A DNA stretch of 32,000 nucleotides from Demequinaceae bacterium (lineage in GTDB: Bacteria > Actinomycetota > Actinomycetes > Actinomycetales > Demequinaceae), in the NCBI GenBank assembly GCA_965250005.1, contig OZ252279.1:1968754-2000753 (forward strand), written 5' to 3'. Below are positions 1-9,751 of the stretch, one piece after another (positions within the stretch are counted from its first letter, which is position 1; every line of letters starts with the position of its first letter). The notes below the pieces were generated by a model. The model was not told the DNA's origin. It was given only the letters and a program-made list of their open reading frames with translations, and made no database searches. The translations under genes were made by a program, and so were the position numbers.

Positions 1-982
1 AGTGTTCCATGACGATTTCACGTGTGTGAGCCAGTTTGGTCCGCGCCATCGACGGGAACAGGTGGTGCTCGATCTGGTAGTTGAGGCCACCGAGCATCGC
101 GGTGGCGGGGAATCCGCCTGACACGTTGCGCGACAGCACCACTTGCTTGGTGAAGAAGTCGAGCTTGCTGTCCTTGGGGACCACCGGCATGCCCTTGTGA
201 TTCGGCGCAAATGACATGCCCATGTAGAGGCCGAAGAGCGCGAGTTGCAGGCCGAAGAAGGCAAACGCCAGGCCTATCGGCAGTGCCCAAAACAGCAGGC
301 CGAGGTAGATGATGAAGCGGCCCGTGATGACCGCGAGTTCGAAGGAACGGCCGTCGATGCGGCGCTTCGATGTGAGCCACCGGAACGATGCAACGTGCAG
401 GTTGAGGCCCTCAAGCAGGAGCAACGGGAAGAACAGTGTTCCCTGGTGGCGGGTAAAGAGAGCCATGCGCCCGGTCTTGGCTTCGGCGGCTTCGGGGTAA
501 AACGAGAGCAGATCAGCCGCGATATCGGGATCTCGGCCTACCTGGTTGGGGTTCGCGTGGTGGCGGTTGTGCTTGTTGACCCACCACGAGTAGCTCACGC
601 CGAGCACCAGCACGCTCAGCACGCGGCCCAGTCGGTCGTTCGATGGGCCTGAGGAGAAAACGGCGCGGTGCGATGCCTCGTGCGCGAGAAACGCGAATTG
701 GGTCAGGACGAACGCGAGTACGGCCGCCAGAATCAACTGGAGCCACGAGTCGCCCAGCAACACGAAGCCCGTGAGGAGCCCGAGGACGGCGAGTCCGAGA
801 CCGGCTGCCAGCGCAGCGTAGAAGCCCCTTGCGCGGTTGAGTAGGCCGGCATCGCGAACCGTAGTGAGTAGCGAAGCGTACGTTTGTGTGAAGGGGACCT
901 TGCTCAAGTCGCGCGTGTAGTCAGCAGAGGTGAGGGGCTTTGCGGGCGCAGGTGCGGACGCGGGTGCGGCGGCAGTGCTCAT
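1..982 (-). CDS. Membrane fatty-acid desaturase (partial; the 3' end runs off the window edge)
   Basis: Absent from the ORF track because it has no stop codon inside the window. The reverse-strand frame from the ATG at 982 stays open to position 1 and reads MSTAAAPASAPAPAKPLTSADYTRDLSKVPF... It contains the three histidine boxes of membrane desaturases (HEASH, HNRHH, QIEHHLFP) and several hydrophobic spans. Confidence 0.85.
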   Translation of the reverse strand, partial: MSTAAAPASAPAPAKPLTSADYTRDLSKVPFTQTYASLLTTVRDAGLLNRARGFYAALAAGLGLAVLGLLTGFVLLGDSWLQLILAAVLAFVLTQFAFLAHEASHRAVFSSGPSNDRLGRVLSVLVLGVSYSWWVNKHNRHHANPNQVGRDPDIAADLLSFYPEAAEAKTGRMALFTRHQGTLFFPLLLLEGLNLHVASFRWLTSKRRIDGRSFELAVITGRFIIYLGLLFWALPIGLAFAFFGLQLALFGLYMGMSFAPNHKGMPVVPKDSKLDFFTKQVVLSRNVSGGFPATAMLGGLNYQIEHHLFPSMARTKLAHTREIVMEH

Positions 983-1132
983 GCGGGGACGCCTTCCGGG
1001 CGTAAAGATCGACTTCCCAGTCGCGGAATGAGCGGGTGCTCGGCGGGCGGATGTCCCCACCATACGGGGAAACTGGCGTGTCGTCACTGTTGACGATCTC
1101 TCTTGTCGGCGAGTATATGTTATTATCTACGT

Positions 1133-1492
1133 ATGAATGCGGATAACCAGAAGAACGAGCTACGGCCGGATGATCCCTACGTGGAACTTGCCGTAGAGGT
1201 ATTTGCGCTGCTTGCAGACGTGACCCGGGTCAGAATCGTGCTTGCGCTCGCGCGCGGCGAACTATCTGTGAACCAAATAGCGGAGGCGGTTGGCAAGCCT
1301 CCAGCGGCCGTATCTCAACACCTCGCCAAACTTCGCATGGCGCGGGCCGTAACGACACGCCACGAGGGAACGCGAGTCCACTACAGGCTCGCGAACGACC
1401 ATGGATTGCGACTCGTGGCCGACGCCATAGAGCAGGCCGAACACACTGTCGACGCGGCCCCTCGCCACCACCACGGGGACCACGGCCAGTGA
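1133..1492 (+). CDS. ArsR/SmtB-family metal-responsive transcriptional repressor
   Basis: ORF track gives 1103..1492; I prefer the internal ATG at 1133 (MNADNQ...). The winged-HTH core LADVTRVRIVLALARGELSVNQIAEAVGKPPAAVSQHLAKLRMA is typical of ArsR/SmtB. It has a His-rich C-terminal tail (HHHGDHG). Its stop overlaps the GTG start of the downstream CDF gene. Confidence 0.85.
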   Translation: MNADNQKNELRPDDPYVELAVEVFALLADVTRVRIVLALARGELSVNQIAEAVGKPPAAVSQHLAKLRMARAVTTRHEGTRVHYRLANDHGLRLVADAIEQAEHTVDAAPRHHHGDHGQ

Positions 1493-2505
1493 ATCCAAGG
1501 AGGGCGGGCGCGCGTGCTGAAGCGCGTGGAGCGCGCGGGCGCGAGGAACGCGGCCTGATCGGTTGGCTGCGCCACACGTTCACGCCGCACTCCCACGACG
1601 GGGCCGATCGCGTTGACGACGCCCTCGAATCAAGTTCCCAAGGCATTCGAGCTGTCAAGGTCAGCCTCTGGGTACTCGTCGGGACAGGGGTCCTTCAGCT
1701 CGCAGTCGTCATGGTCAGCGGCTCCGTTGCACTGTTTGCCGACACCGTCCACAACTTCTCGGACGCGCTCACCGCCGTTCCGTTGTGGATCGCCTTTGCG
1801 CTCGCGCGCCGCCCCGCTACGCGCGCCTTCACGCATGGCCTTGGGCGAGTGGAGGACCTCGCGGGGCTGTTTGTCGTGCTGATGATCGCCGTCTCGGCTG
1901 CGGTCGTGATTGTCGAGTCCGTCCGACGGTTCCTTAACCCACGGGACATCGACAACGTGGGTCTGGTCCTTGCGGCGGCCGTCGTTGGTTTTCTTGGCAA
2001 CGAGGCGGTCGCCGTCTATCGGATACGTGTTGGTCATCGCATTGGCTCAGCGGCACTCGTGGCCGACGGGTTGCACGCACGAACCGACGGCCTCACGTCG
2101 CTAGCCGTCGCCGCGGGCGCTCTGGGCGTGTGGTGGGGATATCCGCTAGCCGACCCGATTGTCGGGATCGCCGTTGGTATTGCGATCCTGGTGGTCCTCG
2201 TCTCTGCGGCGCGGAGCGTTGGTAGGCGACTCCTCGACGGAGTCGAACCCGGGCTCGCGGCGAGCGTTCGCAGCGCGCTAGACGCGACTGACGAAGAGGT
2301 CGAAGTGGGCGAGGTTCGTATCCGATGGGTGGGGCACCGGCTGGACGTGGGAGCAGTGCTCGAGGTCAAACCCGGGACCACGCTCGAAGATTTTCGATGT
2401 GCGTCTCGCGCTGCCGAGCGATCGGTTCGCGCGGGCATTTCACATGTGGGGCGCGTCGACATCGTTCTCGGGAGCTCCCCGGTCGAAGCCCAGGCCGAGG
2501 GTTAG
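1489..2505 (+). CDS. Cation diffusion facilitator (CDF) family divalent-metal efflux transporter
   Basis: 338 aa with about six hydrophobic spans. CDF-typical segments are SVALFADTVHNFSDALTAV and GLHARTDGLTS, and the N-terminus is His-rich (HTFTPHSHDG). The start overlaps the stop of the ArsR-family gene (GTGA), which suggests a regulator-effector operon. Confidence 0.85.
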   Translation: MNPRRAGARAEARGARGREERGLIGWLRHTFTPHSHDGADRVDDALESSSQGIRAVKVSLWVLVGTGVLQLAVVMVSGSVALFADTVHNFSDALTAVPLWIAFALARRPATRAFTHGLGRVEDLAGLFVVLMIAVSAAVVIVESVRRFLNPRDIDNVGLVLAAAVVGFLGNEAVAVYRIRVGHRIGSAALVADGLHARTDGLTSLAVAAGALGVWWGYPLADPIVGIAVGIAILVVLVSAARSVGRRLLDGVEPGLAASVRSALDATDEEVEVGEVRIRWVGHRLDVGAVLEVKPGTTLEDFRCASRAAERSVRAGISHVGRVDIVLGSSPVEAQAEG

Positions 2506-3395
2506 GGGTGCTCGCGTTCGGACGCAATATGGCGGCGCGCTTCCACGGAGGCGTGGTCGGATCGCTTGCCGTAGAGTCGCCTCTCGGTTGACTTGATCGT
2601 GGCGATCAGTGCGAAGCTGAGGCTGACCAGCAACGCCCACGATCCCATCCGGCCCACGTGAACTATCTGCCAGACGTCTGCTTGGTTCGGGTACTGCCAC
2701 GCGCCGAGGAACGTGCCCGCGTTCTCTGCAAGCCAGACCACCGCTCCGACCAAAACGAAGCCCACCGCGAGCGGTATGTGAAAGCGTTCAACGCCCACGG
2801 TGAAATGTATGCGCGTGCGGCCCAACACCACGAGCAGGACAAACGCAAGAAGCCAGCGCACGTCAACAAAGAAGTGGTGGGTGAAGAAGTTGACGTAGAG
2901 GAGCACCGCGATCGACGTCACCAACTGCGGGCGGTATTCGGTCACGCGGAAGTCAAAGCGCCGCCACGCCTGGCACAAATAGGAGCCGACGGCGGCGTAC
3001 ATGAAGCCCGCGTAGAGCGGTACGTCTCCCACTTTGGCCACGCCCTCGTCCGGGTACTCCCACGAACCCAAGTGCACCTTGAAGATCTCGAGGGCGAGTC
3101 CCAGCAAGTGGAACCCGGTGATTACTGCCACTTCGCGGGTGGTTTCCCACTTGGCGACCCACAGGGCGATGGTCAGGATCACGCCATAGATGAGGAGCGC
3201 GTCGTAGCGGGCAATCGGCAAATCGAGCACGGCGGTCACCGCAATACCCGCGAAGATTAACGTGGCGAATAGGCAGGAGACTGCTTGCTCGCGCGTGAAG
3301 ATCCACGCTAGCTGCCACACGCGTGCCGCGGTCCACGGCGGCGACTGCGCGGCGAGTCGAATCGGAGGACGCTTGGCCCCCAGATCGGTCGCCAT
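2502..3395 (-). CDS. Polytopic membrane protein, DUF817-like
   Basis: ORF track gives 2502..3497; I prefer the ATG at 3395 (MATDLGAK...), which is preceded by a GAGGA Shine-Dalgarno. About eight hydrophobic spans with WEYP/WQYP motifs. The family assignment is from memory of DUF817 proteins and has not been searched. Confidence 0.55.
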   Translation of the reverse strand: MATDLGAKRPPIRLAAQSPPWTAARVWQLAWIFTREQAVSCLFATLIFAGIAVTAVLDLPIARYDALLIYGVILTIALWVAKWETTREVAVITGFHLLGLALEIFKVHLGSWEYPDEGVAKVGDVPLYAGFMYAAVGSYLCQAWRRFDFRVTEYRPQLVTSIAVLLYVNFFTHHFFVDVRWLLAFVLLVVLGRTRIHFTVGVERFHIPLAVGFVLVGAVVWLAENAGTFLGAWQYPNQADVWQIVHVGRMGSWALLVSLSFALIATIKSTERRLYGKRSDHASVEARRHIASEREHP

Positions 3396-3500
3396 AGTGC
3401 TCCTCGCTTCGGCGGGCTTCCGCACGCTCTCGCGGCGGTGCTGGCAGTTCAACGAACGAGCGCGCGGCGAAGTGCCCTTGGCATCAGTTAGCCTCACCTC

Positions 3501-4466
3501 ATGACAATTGCCCTGATCGAGCTCATCAGCGGACTGGTGGTACTCGGATGGAGCGCAGACCGGTTTGTGCTCGGCTCATCTGGGGTCGCCAAGCACTTTG
3601 GGATCCCGCCGCTGCTCATCGGCATGGTCGTGATCGGGTTCGGCACGTCGGCGCCGGAATTGGTGGTCTCTGGTTTCGCGGCGAGCGGCGGCAACCCCGA
3701 GATCGCGCTGGGCAACGCCTACGGCTCAAATATCGCGAACATTGCCCTGATTCTGGGCATCACGGCGATCATCGCGCCGATAGGCGTGAAGCGCGGAATT
3801 CTGCGGCAAGAAATACCCATCTTGCTCGCCGCTACGGCGCTCGCATTCTGGCTTTTTCGCGACTACAGCCTTTCGCGCATTGACGCGGGCATTCTGCTCG
3901 TTGCGTTCGCGGCGTTCATTGTCTGGAGCATCCGGACTGGGCTGCGCATCAAGAGGGACGCGCTCGCGGACGACGTCAAGGAACACGCCAAGGAGCATGA
4001 TCTCTCGAAGCGCCGTGCGTGGATGTGGCTGCTCGTGGGCCTTGTGCTGCTTGTGGTGTCTTCGCACTTCCTTGTCGAAGGCGCGGTGACAGTCGCGCGC
4101 GAGATCGGTATGAGCGACCTTGTCATCGGGTTGACGGTCATTGCTATTGGCACATCGCTGCCCGAGCTCGCGAGCGCTATCGTCGCCTCGCGCAAGGGCC
4201 AGAACGACTTGGTTCTTGGCAATATCATCGGCTCGTCGCTCTTTAACGGGCTGGCAGTTGTGGGCCTTGCCGGCATGATCTCACCCGCGGTCGTGGAGCA
4301 GCAGATTCTCTCGCGAGACCTGGTGGTGCTCGGCGCCGTCACCGTGGCACTCTCTCTGTTCGGCATGCATTGGGGGCGCGACGGCCGCATCAACCGGATC
4401 GAGGGCTCCGCGCTCGTGCTCGTGTTTATTAGCTACACGGCCTACCTTCTAACAACGTCGCTGTAG
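3501..4466 (+). CDS. Ca2+/Na+ (cation) antiporter, CaCA family (YrbG-like)
   Basis: 321 aa with two internal alpha-repeat signatures, GFGTSAPELVVS and GTSLPELASAIVASRKGQNDLVLGNIIGSSLFN, separated by a charged cytoplasmic loop. Confidence 0.9.
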   Translation: MTIALIELISGLVVLGWSADRFVLGSSGVAKHFGIPPLLIGMVVIGFGTSAPELVVSGFAASGGNPEIALGNAYGSNIANIALILGITAIIAPIGVKRGILRQEIPILLAATALAFWLFRDYSLSRIDAGILLVAFAAFIVWSIRTGLRIKRDALADDVKEHAKEHDLSKRRAWMWLLVGLVLLVVSSHFLVEGAVTVAREIGMSDLVIGLTVIAIGTSLPELASAIVASRKGQNDLVLGNIIGSSLFNGLAVVGLAGMISPAVVEQQILSRDLVVLGAVTVALSLFGMHWGRDGRINRIEGSALVLVFISYTAYLLTTSL

Positions 4467-4483
4467 CGCTTAGGCTGATCCTC

Positions 4484-5323
4484 ATGGCACGCAACGAGGC
4501 CGAGGCAGACGCCGCCGCAGATGCGGCGGGGCAACTGCATGGGTCGCACGTCGACGATGTCGACATTGACCACCCCGCACTCTCGCTGCGCGGCCTGTCC
4601 AAGTCATTTGGTGCGACGGTCGCGGTCGACGGGATCGACCTCGACATACCGGCAGGATCCTTCTACGGCATGGTGGGTCCCAACGGCGCCGGCAAAACCA
4701 CCACACTGTCGATGGCGACCGGGCTACTCGTGCCGGACAGCGGCACAGTCGACGTCCACGGCATCAGCCTGTGGCACTTTCCCGCGGAGGCGAAACCGCT
4801 GCTGGGTGTCTTGCCTGACGGGTTGCGCAGCTTCGACCGCCTGACAGGGGCGGAGCTGATTTCTTATGCAGGGCTATTGCGTGGCATGGAGACGGCTGTT
4901 GTGAGGGAGCGACGCGACGACTTGCTCGCTGCGCTTGACCTCGAGGACGCCGGTCGAACGCTTGTCACCGATTTCTCGGCGGGCATGTCCAAGAAGGTGG
5001 CGCTCGCGTGCGCGCTGGTTCACGCACCGCGCGTGCTCGTCCTGGACGAGCCTTTCGAGGCAGTCGACCCCGTTTCCGCAACCGGGATCAGGCGCATATT
5101 GTGGTCGTTCGTCGACTCTGGCGGGACGGTGGTGATGTCTAGCCACGTCATGGCGCTCGTCGAGCGCCTGTGCGATCACGTCGCGATCGTGGGCGAGGGC
5201 AAGATCCTCGCGGCGGGCACCCTTGACGAAGTACGCGGCGACATGGACCTCGAGAGTCGATTCGTCTCGCTTGTGGGCGAGGTCAAGGAGCAGCGTGACC
5301 TCCCATGGTTGAAGCAGTCTTGA
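4484..5323 (+). CDS. ABC transporter ATP-binding protein
   Basis: 279 aa with Walker A GPNGAGKTT, a signature-like FSAGMSKKVALA, Walker B VLVLDEPFEAVD and an H-loop SSHVM. Confidence 0.9.
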   Translation: MARNEAEADAAADAAGQLHGSHVDDVDIDHPALSLRGLSKSFGATVAVDGIDLDIPAGSFYGMVGPNGAGKTTTLSMATGLLVPDSGTVDVHGISLWHFPAEAKPLLGVLPDGLRSFDRLTGAELISYAGLLRGMETAVVRERRDDLLAALDLEDAGRTLVTDFSAGMSKKVALACALVHAPRVLVLDEPFEAVDPVSATGIRRILWSFVDSGGTVVMSSHVMALVERLCDHVAIVGEGKILAAGTLDEVRGDMDLESRFVSLVGEVKEQRDLPWLKQS

Positions 5324-5324
5324 C

Positions 5325-6929
5325 GTGATAAGGACGGTCCTGAGCCTGAGGCGCACCGTCACGCTGCATCAACTGCGTCGCGAGCGGTGGCGCATGCTGG
5401 TGCTAATCGGCGGCGCAATCTGGTCCATCAGCCTCTTCCCGTCGGCCGTCTGGGCCTCGCGAATCCTGGGCTTCAACGCCGTCGACCTCAAGTACGATGC
5501 GCTCGTGGCGATAGTGGCGGTCGTCATGATCGGGTGGGTCGTGGTACCGATCCTCATCACGGGCCTTGACGACACGCTCGACCCCGGGCGGTTCGCGTCC
5601 CTAGGCGTGAGTGCGAAGCGACTGATGCCCGGGCTGACGGTGTCTGCCTTGCTCACGGTCCCCGCGATCTTTTTCCTCATCGTGCTCGTGATTCTTGCCT
5701 TTGCGTGGCAGCCCGAAGGCAGGGGCGCATTCGCGTTCGCGATCACGGGGGCGATCCTGACCCTGCTTACGTGTGTATTCTCTGCACGGGTGTCGGTGAT
5801 GTGGGCGTCGCGAGTCCTGCAGTCGCGTCGTTCGCGCGAGGCTACGTTTCTCACAATTATCATCGGAGCGCTCCTCATCACGCCCGCGATCTACTTGGTC
5901 GTGGCCGATGGTCTGGAGATTGTCCTCGACTACGACATCCGGCTGCTGGTCGACCTGATGGGCGGCACACCCGTTGGCGCGCCAATCCAGGCCGCGGTGG
6001 ATGCCTCGAAAGGCGCGTGGGTGGCCGCCTCGTGGCATCTCGCCGTGTCTGGAGGATGGATTGTGCTGCTGCACTTCGTGTGGCGCGTCAACGTCGAGCG
6101 TGTGCTGGTCAACCCGATCTACCGCGGGGGCGGTGCGCGTGAGCGCGAGGACACCGTCCTTGCGGCGGCCGAGCGCGCCGAGCGTTCGGGACTGGTGCCG
6201 CCCGGTGCGCGGGCGACCAACGCTATGAAGGCGCGGGCGCTGCGGTACTGGTTCACCGACCCGCGCTACTTGTCCGGGATCATCTCGGTGACCGTGTTCC
6301 CGATCCTCTTCTTCATGCTCGTCTACCCAATCTTCGGGTCGCCTGCGGCCGTCGTGATGGCTGTCCCCGTCGTGCTGGCCGGCTCAATCGGGTGGGGTCG
6401 CCACAACGACGTCGCTATGGACAACTCCGCGCTCTGGCTCGATATTGTGTCCGGAAGCCTGGGGCAGCGGCTGATGCGGGGGCGGGTAGCGGGCACTCTC
6501 ACGTGGGCGGTGCCGCTCGCTGCCGCTGCCATCACGGTCGCGGTGGTAGTGAGCGGGAGGTTGGATTTGCTGCCCGCGATCGTCGGTGCCGTAGTCGGAG
6601 TCTTGGGAACATCGCTCGGCGTTTCCGTCGTGACGTCCGTGTCCATGCCCTATCGCGCACCCGCGCCTGGCGAAAACCCGTTCGGGGCTGAGGTGGGTTC
6701 CATTGGCGCCGGCTTGCTTGCTCAGTTTGTGTCTTCGCTTGCGTCAAGCATCGTGGCGGTTCCCGTTTCGCTTCCGTTGCTTGCGGCCGTCCGCTGGGAT
6801 GCCAATTGGGGATGGGCTGGCCTTGTGGTTGGCAGTGCGACGGGAATCATTGTTCTCATGGTTGGAGCGCGATGGGCTGGCACACTGTACGACCGGCGCA
6901 GCGGACGGCTCGTCGGGGCCGTCTCTTGA
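5325..6929 (+). CDS. Polytopic permease partner of the upstream ABC ATPase (putative ABC exporter membrane protein)
   Basis: 534 aa with about 12 hydrophobic spans. Its GTG start lies 1 nt after the ATPase stop. No specific substrate can be inferred. Confidence 0.6.
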   Translation: MIRTVLSLRRTVTLHQLRRERWRMLVLIGGAIWSISLFPSAVWASRILGFNAVDLKYDALVAIVAVVMIGWVVVPILITGLDDTLDPGRFASLGVSAKRLMPGLTVSALLTVPAIFFLIVLVILAFAWQPEGRGAFAFAITGAILTLLTCVFSARVSVMWASRVLQSRRSREATFLTIIIGALLITPAIYLVVADGLEIVLDYDIRLLVDLMGGTPVGAPIQAAVDASKGAWVAASWHLAVSGGWIVLLHFVWRVNVERVLVNPIYRGGGAREREDTVLAAAERAERSGLVPPGARATNAMKARALRYWFTDPRYLSGIISVTVFPILFFMLVYPIFGSPAAVVMAVPVVLAGSIGWGRHNDVAMDNSALWLDIVSGSLGQRLMRGRVAGTLTWAVPLAAAAITVAVVVSGRLDLLPAIVGAVVGVLGTSLGVSVVTSVSMPYRAPAPGENPFGAEVGSIGAGLLAQFVSSLASSIVAVPVSLPLLAAVRWDANWGWAGLVVGSATGIIVLMVGARWAGTLYDRRSGRLVGAVS

Positions 6930-6952
6930 CCCTGCGCGCGTAGCATGGAGGC

Positions 6953-7255
6953 ATGAACGAACCGCAGCCTTTGCCGGAATCGGCGCCCGATGAGCAGACC
7001 AGCGCAGGCACCACCACGATTGTGCGCGAGCATACTCGCGAAGTTGTGGAGCCAGGCGACGGAGAACGTTTCGCACACTACGTTCGCAAAGAGAAGATCA
7101 CCGAGTCCGCCGTTACCGGCGAGCCCGTGATCGCATTGTGCGGAAAAGTGTGGGTTCCCGGGCGAGACCCGAATAGGTTTCCCGTGTGCCCGGCTTGCAA
7201 GGAGATCATCGACTCCGCGTTCGGCGCCGGTGACGGCGACGGCGCGGGCGACTAG
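6953..7255 (+). CDS. DUF3039 domain-containing protein
   Basis: 100 aa. The core ERFAHYVRKEKITESAVTGEPVIALCGKVWVPGRDPNRFPVCPACKEI matches the actinobacterial DUF3039 pattern, which is Cys-pair and zinc-ribbon-like. A GGAGG RBS sits just upstream of the ATG. Confidence 0.75.
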   Translation: MNEPQPLPESAPDEQTSAGTTTIVREHTREVVEPGDGERFAHYVRKEKITESAVTGEPVIALCGKVWVPGRDPNRFPVCPACKEIIDSAFGAGDGDGAGD

Positions 7256-7258
7256 CGC

Positions 7259-7546
7259 GTGGACACGCAGGGCGTCACGCAGACAGGTTCCGAGGCCGGA
7301 ACGCGCACGGCGGACTCTTGGGTCACGATTGTCTGGAACGACCCTGTGAACCTCATGAACTACGTGACACACGTGTTTCAGGTGCACTTTGGGTGGAATC
7401 GTGCGGAGGCGGAGAAACGCATGAACGAGGTTCACGAGAACGGTCGGTCAGTCGTGTCGAGCGGAGGACGCGAGCAAATGGAGTTAGACGTGCAGGCGAT
7501 GCATTTGTACGGGTTGTGGGCCACCATGCAGCGAGGTGGCGAGTGA
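7259..7546 (+). CDS. clpS: ATP-dependent Clp protease adaptor ClpS
   Basis: 95 aa. The core [45 protein letters not shown] is the canonical ClpS fold sequence. The GTG start lies 3 nt after the DUF3039 stop. Confidence 0.9.
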   Translation: MDTQGVTQTGSEAGTRTADSWVTIVWNDPVNLMNYVTHVFQVHFGWNRAEAEKRMNEVHENGRSVVSSGGREQMELDVQAMHLYGLWATMQRGGE

Positions 7547-8169
7547 GAGCGTTCCGTGCGCGCGACGGCATCGCGGTCGCAGAACTTGATTCCGACGAAC
7601 GGAAGGTTGTCGCCCGTATCGTGGCAGACGTGGGCCTGCTCCTTGGCGACGAGGTTTTTGGCATGGACACGTCGACCTCTCACGGTGACGACGAGGAATA
7701 CATCTTCCGGCACCTGCGCGGGCTGGAGGAGTCCCTCGCTGCGCCAGACGACCCAGCTATCCTGCGACTGCTCCCCAACGCGTCGGACGACCGCGAGGTG
7801 TCTGACGAGTTTCGGCGCCTCACCGAGCCGGATCTGCGCACGCTCAAGGTGGACCGCCTGCGCCGCGTGTGGGAGCAACTGAGCGAAGAGGGCCCGGAGT
7901 GGTCGGTCGCCCTCGAACAAGTTCTGCCCACAGCGGCGGCGCTAACGGATGTCCGACTGGTGATCGCCTCGCGACTGGGCCTGGACACCGACGAGGACGC
8001 GGAACGGTTGCACGCCGAGATTGAGCTTGCCGCGCACGCGATGGAGACGGACGCGGATGAGCAGTTGGGAGTGGATCCCGAGCGGGTGTGGCTAGGAATG
8101 CTCTATCGAGCCCTCACCTGGTTGCAGGACTCGCTCGTCGGAATCGTGACGGAGGACGGCGATGAGTAA
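7543..8169 (+). CDS. DUF2017 domain-containing protein (ClpS-associated, function unknown)
   Basis: ORF track gives 7318..8169, but the first 75 codons overlap clpS out of frame. I prefer the GTG at 7543, which overlaps the clpS stop (GTGA). The acidic 208-aa product ([27 protein letters not shown]...) sits in the position DUF2017 occupies downstream of clpS in Actinomycetota. Confidence 0.65.
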   Translation: MRAFRARDGIAVAELDSDERKVVARIVADVGLLLGDEVFGMDTSTSHGDDEEYIFRHLRGLEESLAAPDDPAILRLLPNASDDREVSDEFRRLTEPDLRTLKVDRLRRVWEQLSEEGPEWSVALEQVLPTAAALTDVRLVIASRLGLDTDEDAERLHAEIELAAHAMETDADEQLGVDPERVWLGMLYRALTWLQDSLVGIVTEDGDE

Positions 8170-8968
8170 CGCTCCTATTGGGGTATTTGATTCGGGAGTG
8201 GGAGGGCTGACGGTCGCACGCGCCATCATGGACGTGCTACCGAACGAGGCGATCCACTACGTGGGCGACACCGCCCACGGACCGTACGGTCCGCTTCCCA
8301 TCGCCGACGTACGCCGGCACGCGCTCGAGATCATGGATTCGCTCGTCGAGGGCGGCGTCAAGATGCTCGTGATCGCGTGCAACAGTGCATCGGCCGCTGT
8401 GCTGCGTGACGCGCGCGAACGCTTCGCTCAGGACCGCGGCGTGCCCGTGCTTGAGGTGATCGTGCCCGCTGTTCGGCGTGCTTCGCAACTCACCCGTAGC
8501 GGCAGAATCGGTGTGATCGGCACCGTCGCCACCGTCACCTCGGGCGCCTACGAGGACGCCCTCGCCGCGGCGCCCGGACTTGAGGTAACGTCGCAAGCGT
8601 GCCCGCGGTTTGTCGAACTTGTTGAGGCCGGGATCACGTCGGGCGCTGAAGTCATCTCCGTGGCGCGCGAGTATCTTCAGCCCCTTCAGGCCGCGGACGT
8701 AGATACCGTCATTCTTGGTTGCACGCACTACCCGATGCTCCAGGGGGCTCTTGGCTACGTGCTGGGAGAGGGCGTGACTCTCGTGGACAGCGCAACCGAG
8801 ACGGCGATGGACGTCTACCGAGAGCTTGCTCGCCAGGGCATCGAGCGGACCGCAACGAAGCGACCAGAGCACCGCTTTGGGGCAACCGGCGAGACCCGCC
8901 GGTTCGAAGAACTGGCGCAGCGGTTCCTCGGGCCCGTGGTTGGCACTGTGGAGGGCGCGAGCCAATGA
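8162..8968 (+). CDS. murI: Glutamate racemase
   Basis: 268 aa with [17 protein letters not shown], the catalytic Cys motifs IACNSASA and LGCTHYP. The ATG overlaps the end of the upstream gene by 8 nt. Confidence 0.95.
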   Translation: MSNAPIGVFDSGVGGLTVARAIMDVLPNEAIHYVGDTAHGPYGPLPIADVRRHALEIMDSLVEGGVKMLVIACNSASAAVLRDARERFAQDRGVPVLEVIVPAVRRASQLTRSGRIGVIGTVATVTSGAYEDALAAAPGLEVTSQACPRFVELVEAGITSGAEVISVAREYLQPLQAADVDTVILGCTHYPMLQGALGYVLGEGVTLVDSATETAMDVYRELARQGIERTATKRPEHRFGATGETRRFEELAQRFLGPVVGTVEGASQ

Positions 8969-9735
8969 AGTTGCGGGTGGTCGGATGCTCCGGCGGCGTG
9001 CCCGGGCCCGCGTCGGCAGCATCGTGCTACCTGCTCGAAGCAACGCAGGGCGGTCGCACATGGCGCCTGGTATTGGACTTGGGAAGCGGGTCGCTCGGCA
9101 CGCTCCAGCGTTGGTGCGACCCGCGTGACGTTGATGCGATAGCCATCACCCACCTTCATCCCGACCACTGCGCCGATCTTGCTCCCATGCACGTGTACCT
9201 GGCGCACCACCCAGACGGGGAGTCGCGACCCGTCCCCATCTTCGCGCCGTTCGGAACGCTTTCGCGCATCAACCAACTCCGCGGCGCCGCGGAACCGAGC
9301 CAGGTGCTCGACGTTCACGCGTGGCAGACGGGTGTGATGGTTGAGGTGGGCCCGCTTCGAGTGACCAGTGAGGCCGTTGACCATCCCGTCCCTGCATACG
9401 CCTTGCGTATTGAGGGCCCCCGCGAGGACGGATCGGGGAATGCGGTTATCGCCTATTCGGGGGACTCCGATATGTGCCAGGGGCTCGATGTCGCCGCGGC
9501 TGGCGCCGATATTTTTTTGTGCGAGGCCACTTACCTTGCATCCCAAACGTCAGAGGCTGGGGTTCACCTGACCGCCCGGCGAGCGGGACAGACGGCGGGG
9601 CGAGCCGGTGTCGGCAAGCTCGTGCTTACGCACATTCCGCCGTGGACAGATCCGAACGAGAGCCTTGCGGAAGCGCGCGAGGTATACGACGGCGATCTCA
9701 TGTTGGCTGTTTCTGGGCTTCAACTGGCGCTCTAG
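8965..9735 (+). CDS. MBL-fold metallo-hydrolase (Rv1339-like position; candidate cyclic-nucleotide phosphodiesterase)
   Basis: ORF track gives 8719..9735; I prefer the ATG at 8965 ([11 protein letters not shown]...), which overlaps the murI stop (ATGA). It carries the HxHxDH motif in [13 protein letters not shown]. The gene order murI-MBL-rph-rdgB mirrors M. tuberculosis Rv1338-Rv1341. Confidence 0.75.
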   Translation: MKLRVVGCSGGVPGPASAASCYLLEATQGGRTWRLVLDLGSGSLGTLQRWCDPRDVDAIAITHLHPDHCADLAPMHVYLAHHPDGESRPVPIFAPFGTLSRINQLRGAAEPSQVLDVHAWQTGVMVEVGPLRVTSEAVDHPVPAYALRIEGPREDGSGNAVIAYSGDSDMCQGLDVAAAGADIFLCEATYLASQTSEAGVHLTARRAGQTAGRAGVGKLVLTHIPPWTDPNESLAEAREVYDGDLMLAVSGLQLAL

Positions 9736-9751
9736 CGATTAGGCTCAAGCC

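Noticed and set aside
7318-7542. N-terminal extensions of ORF-track entries: 7318 for the DUF2017 gene, 8719 for the MBL gene, 12588 for trxA, 3497 for the DUF817-like gene, 22627 for the DUF4126-like gene.
   Set aside because: The extensions overlap upstream genes or intergenic promoters and encode non-conserved-looking sequence. Downstream in-frame starts have Shine-Dalgarno motifs or classic stop-start overlaps.
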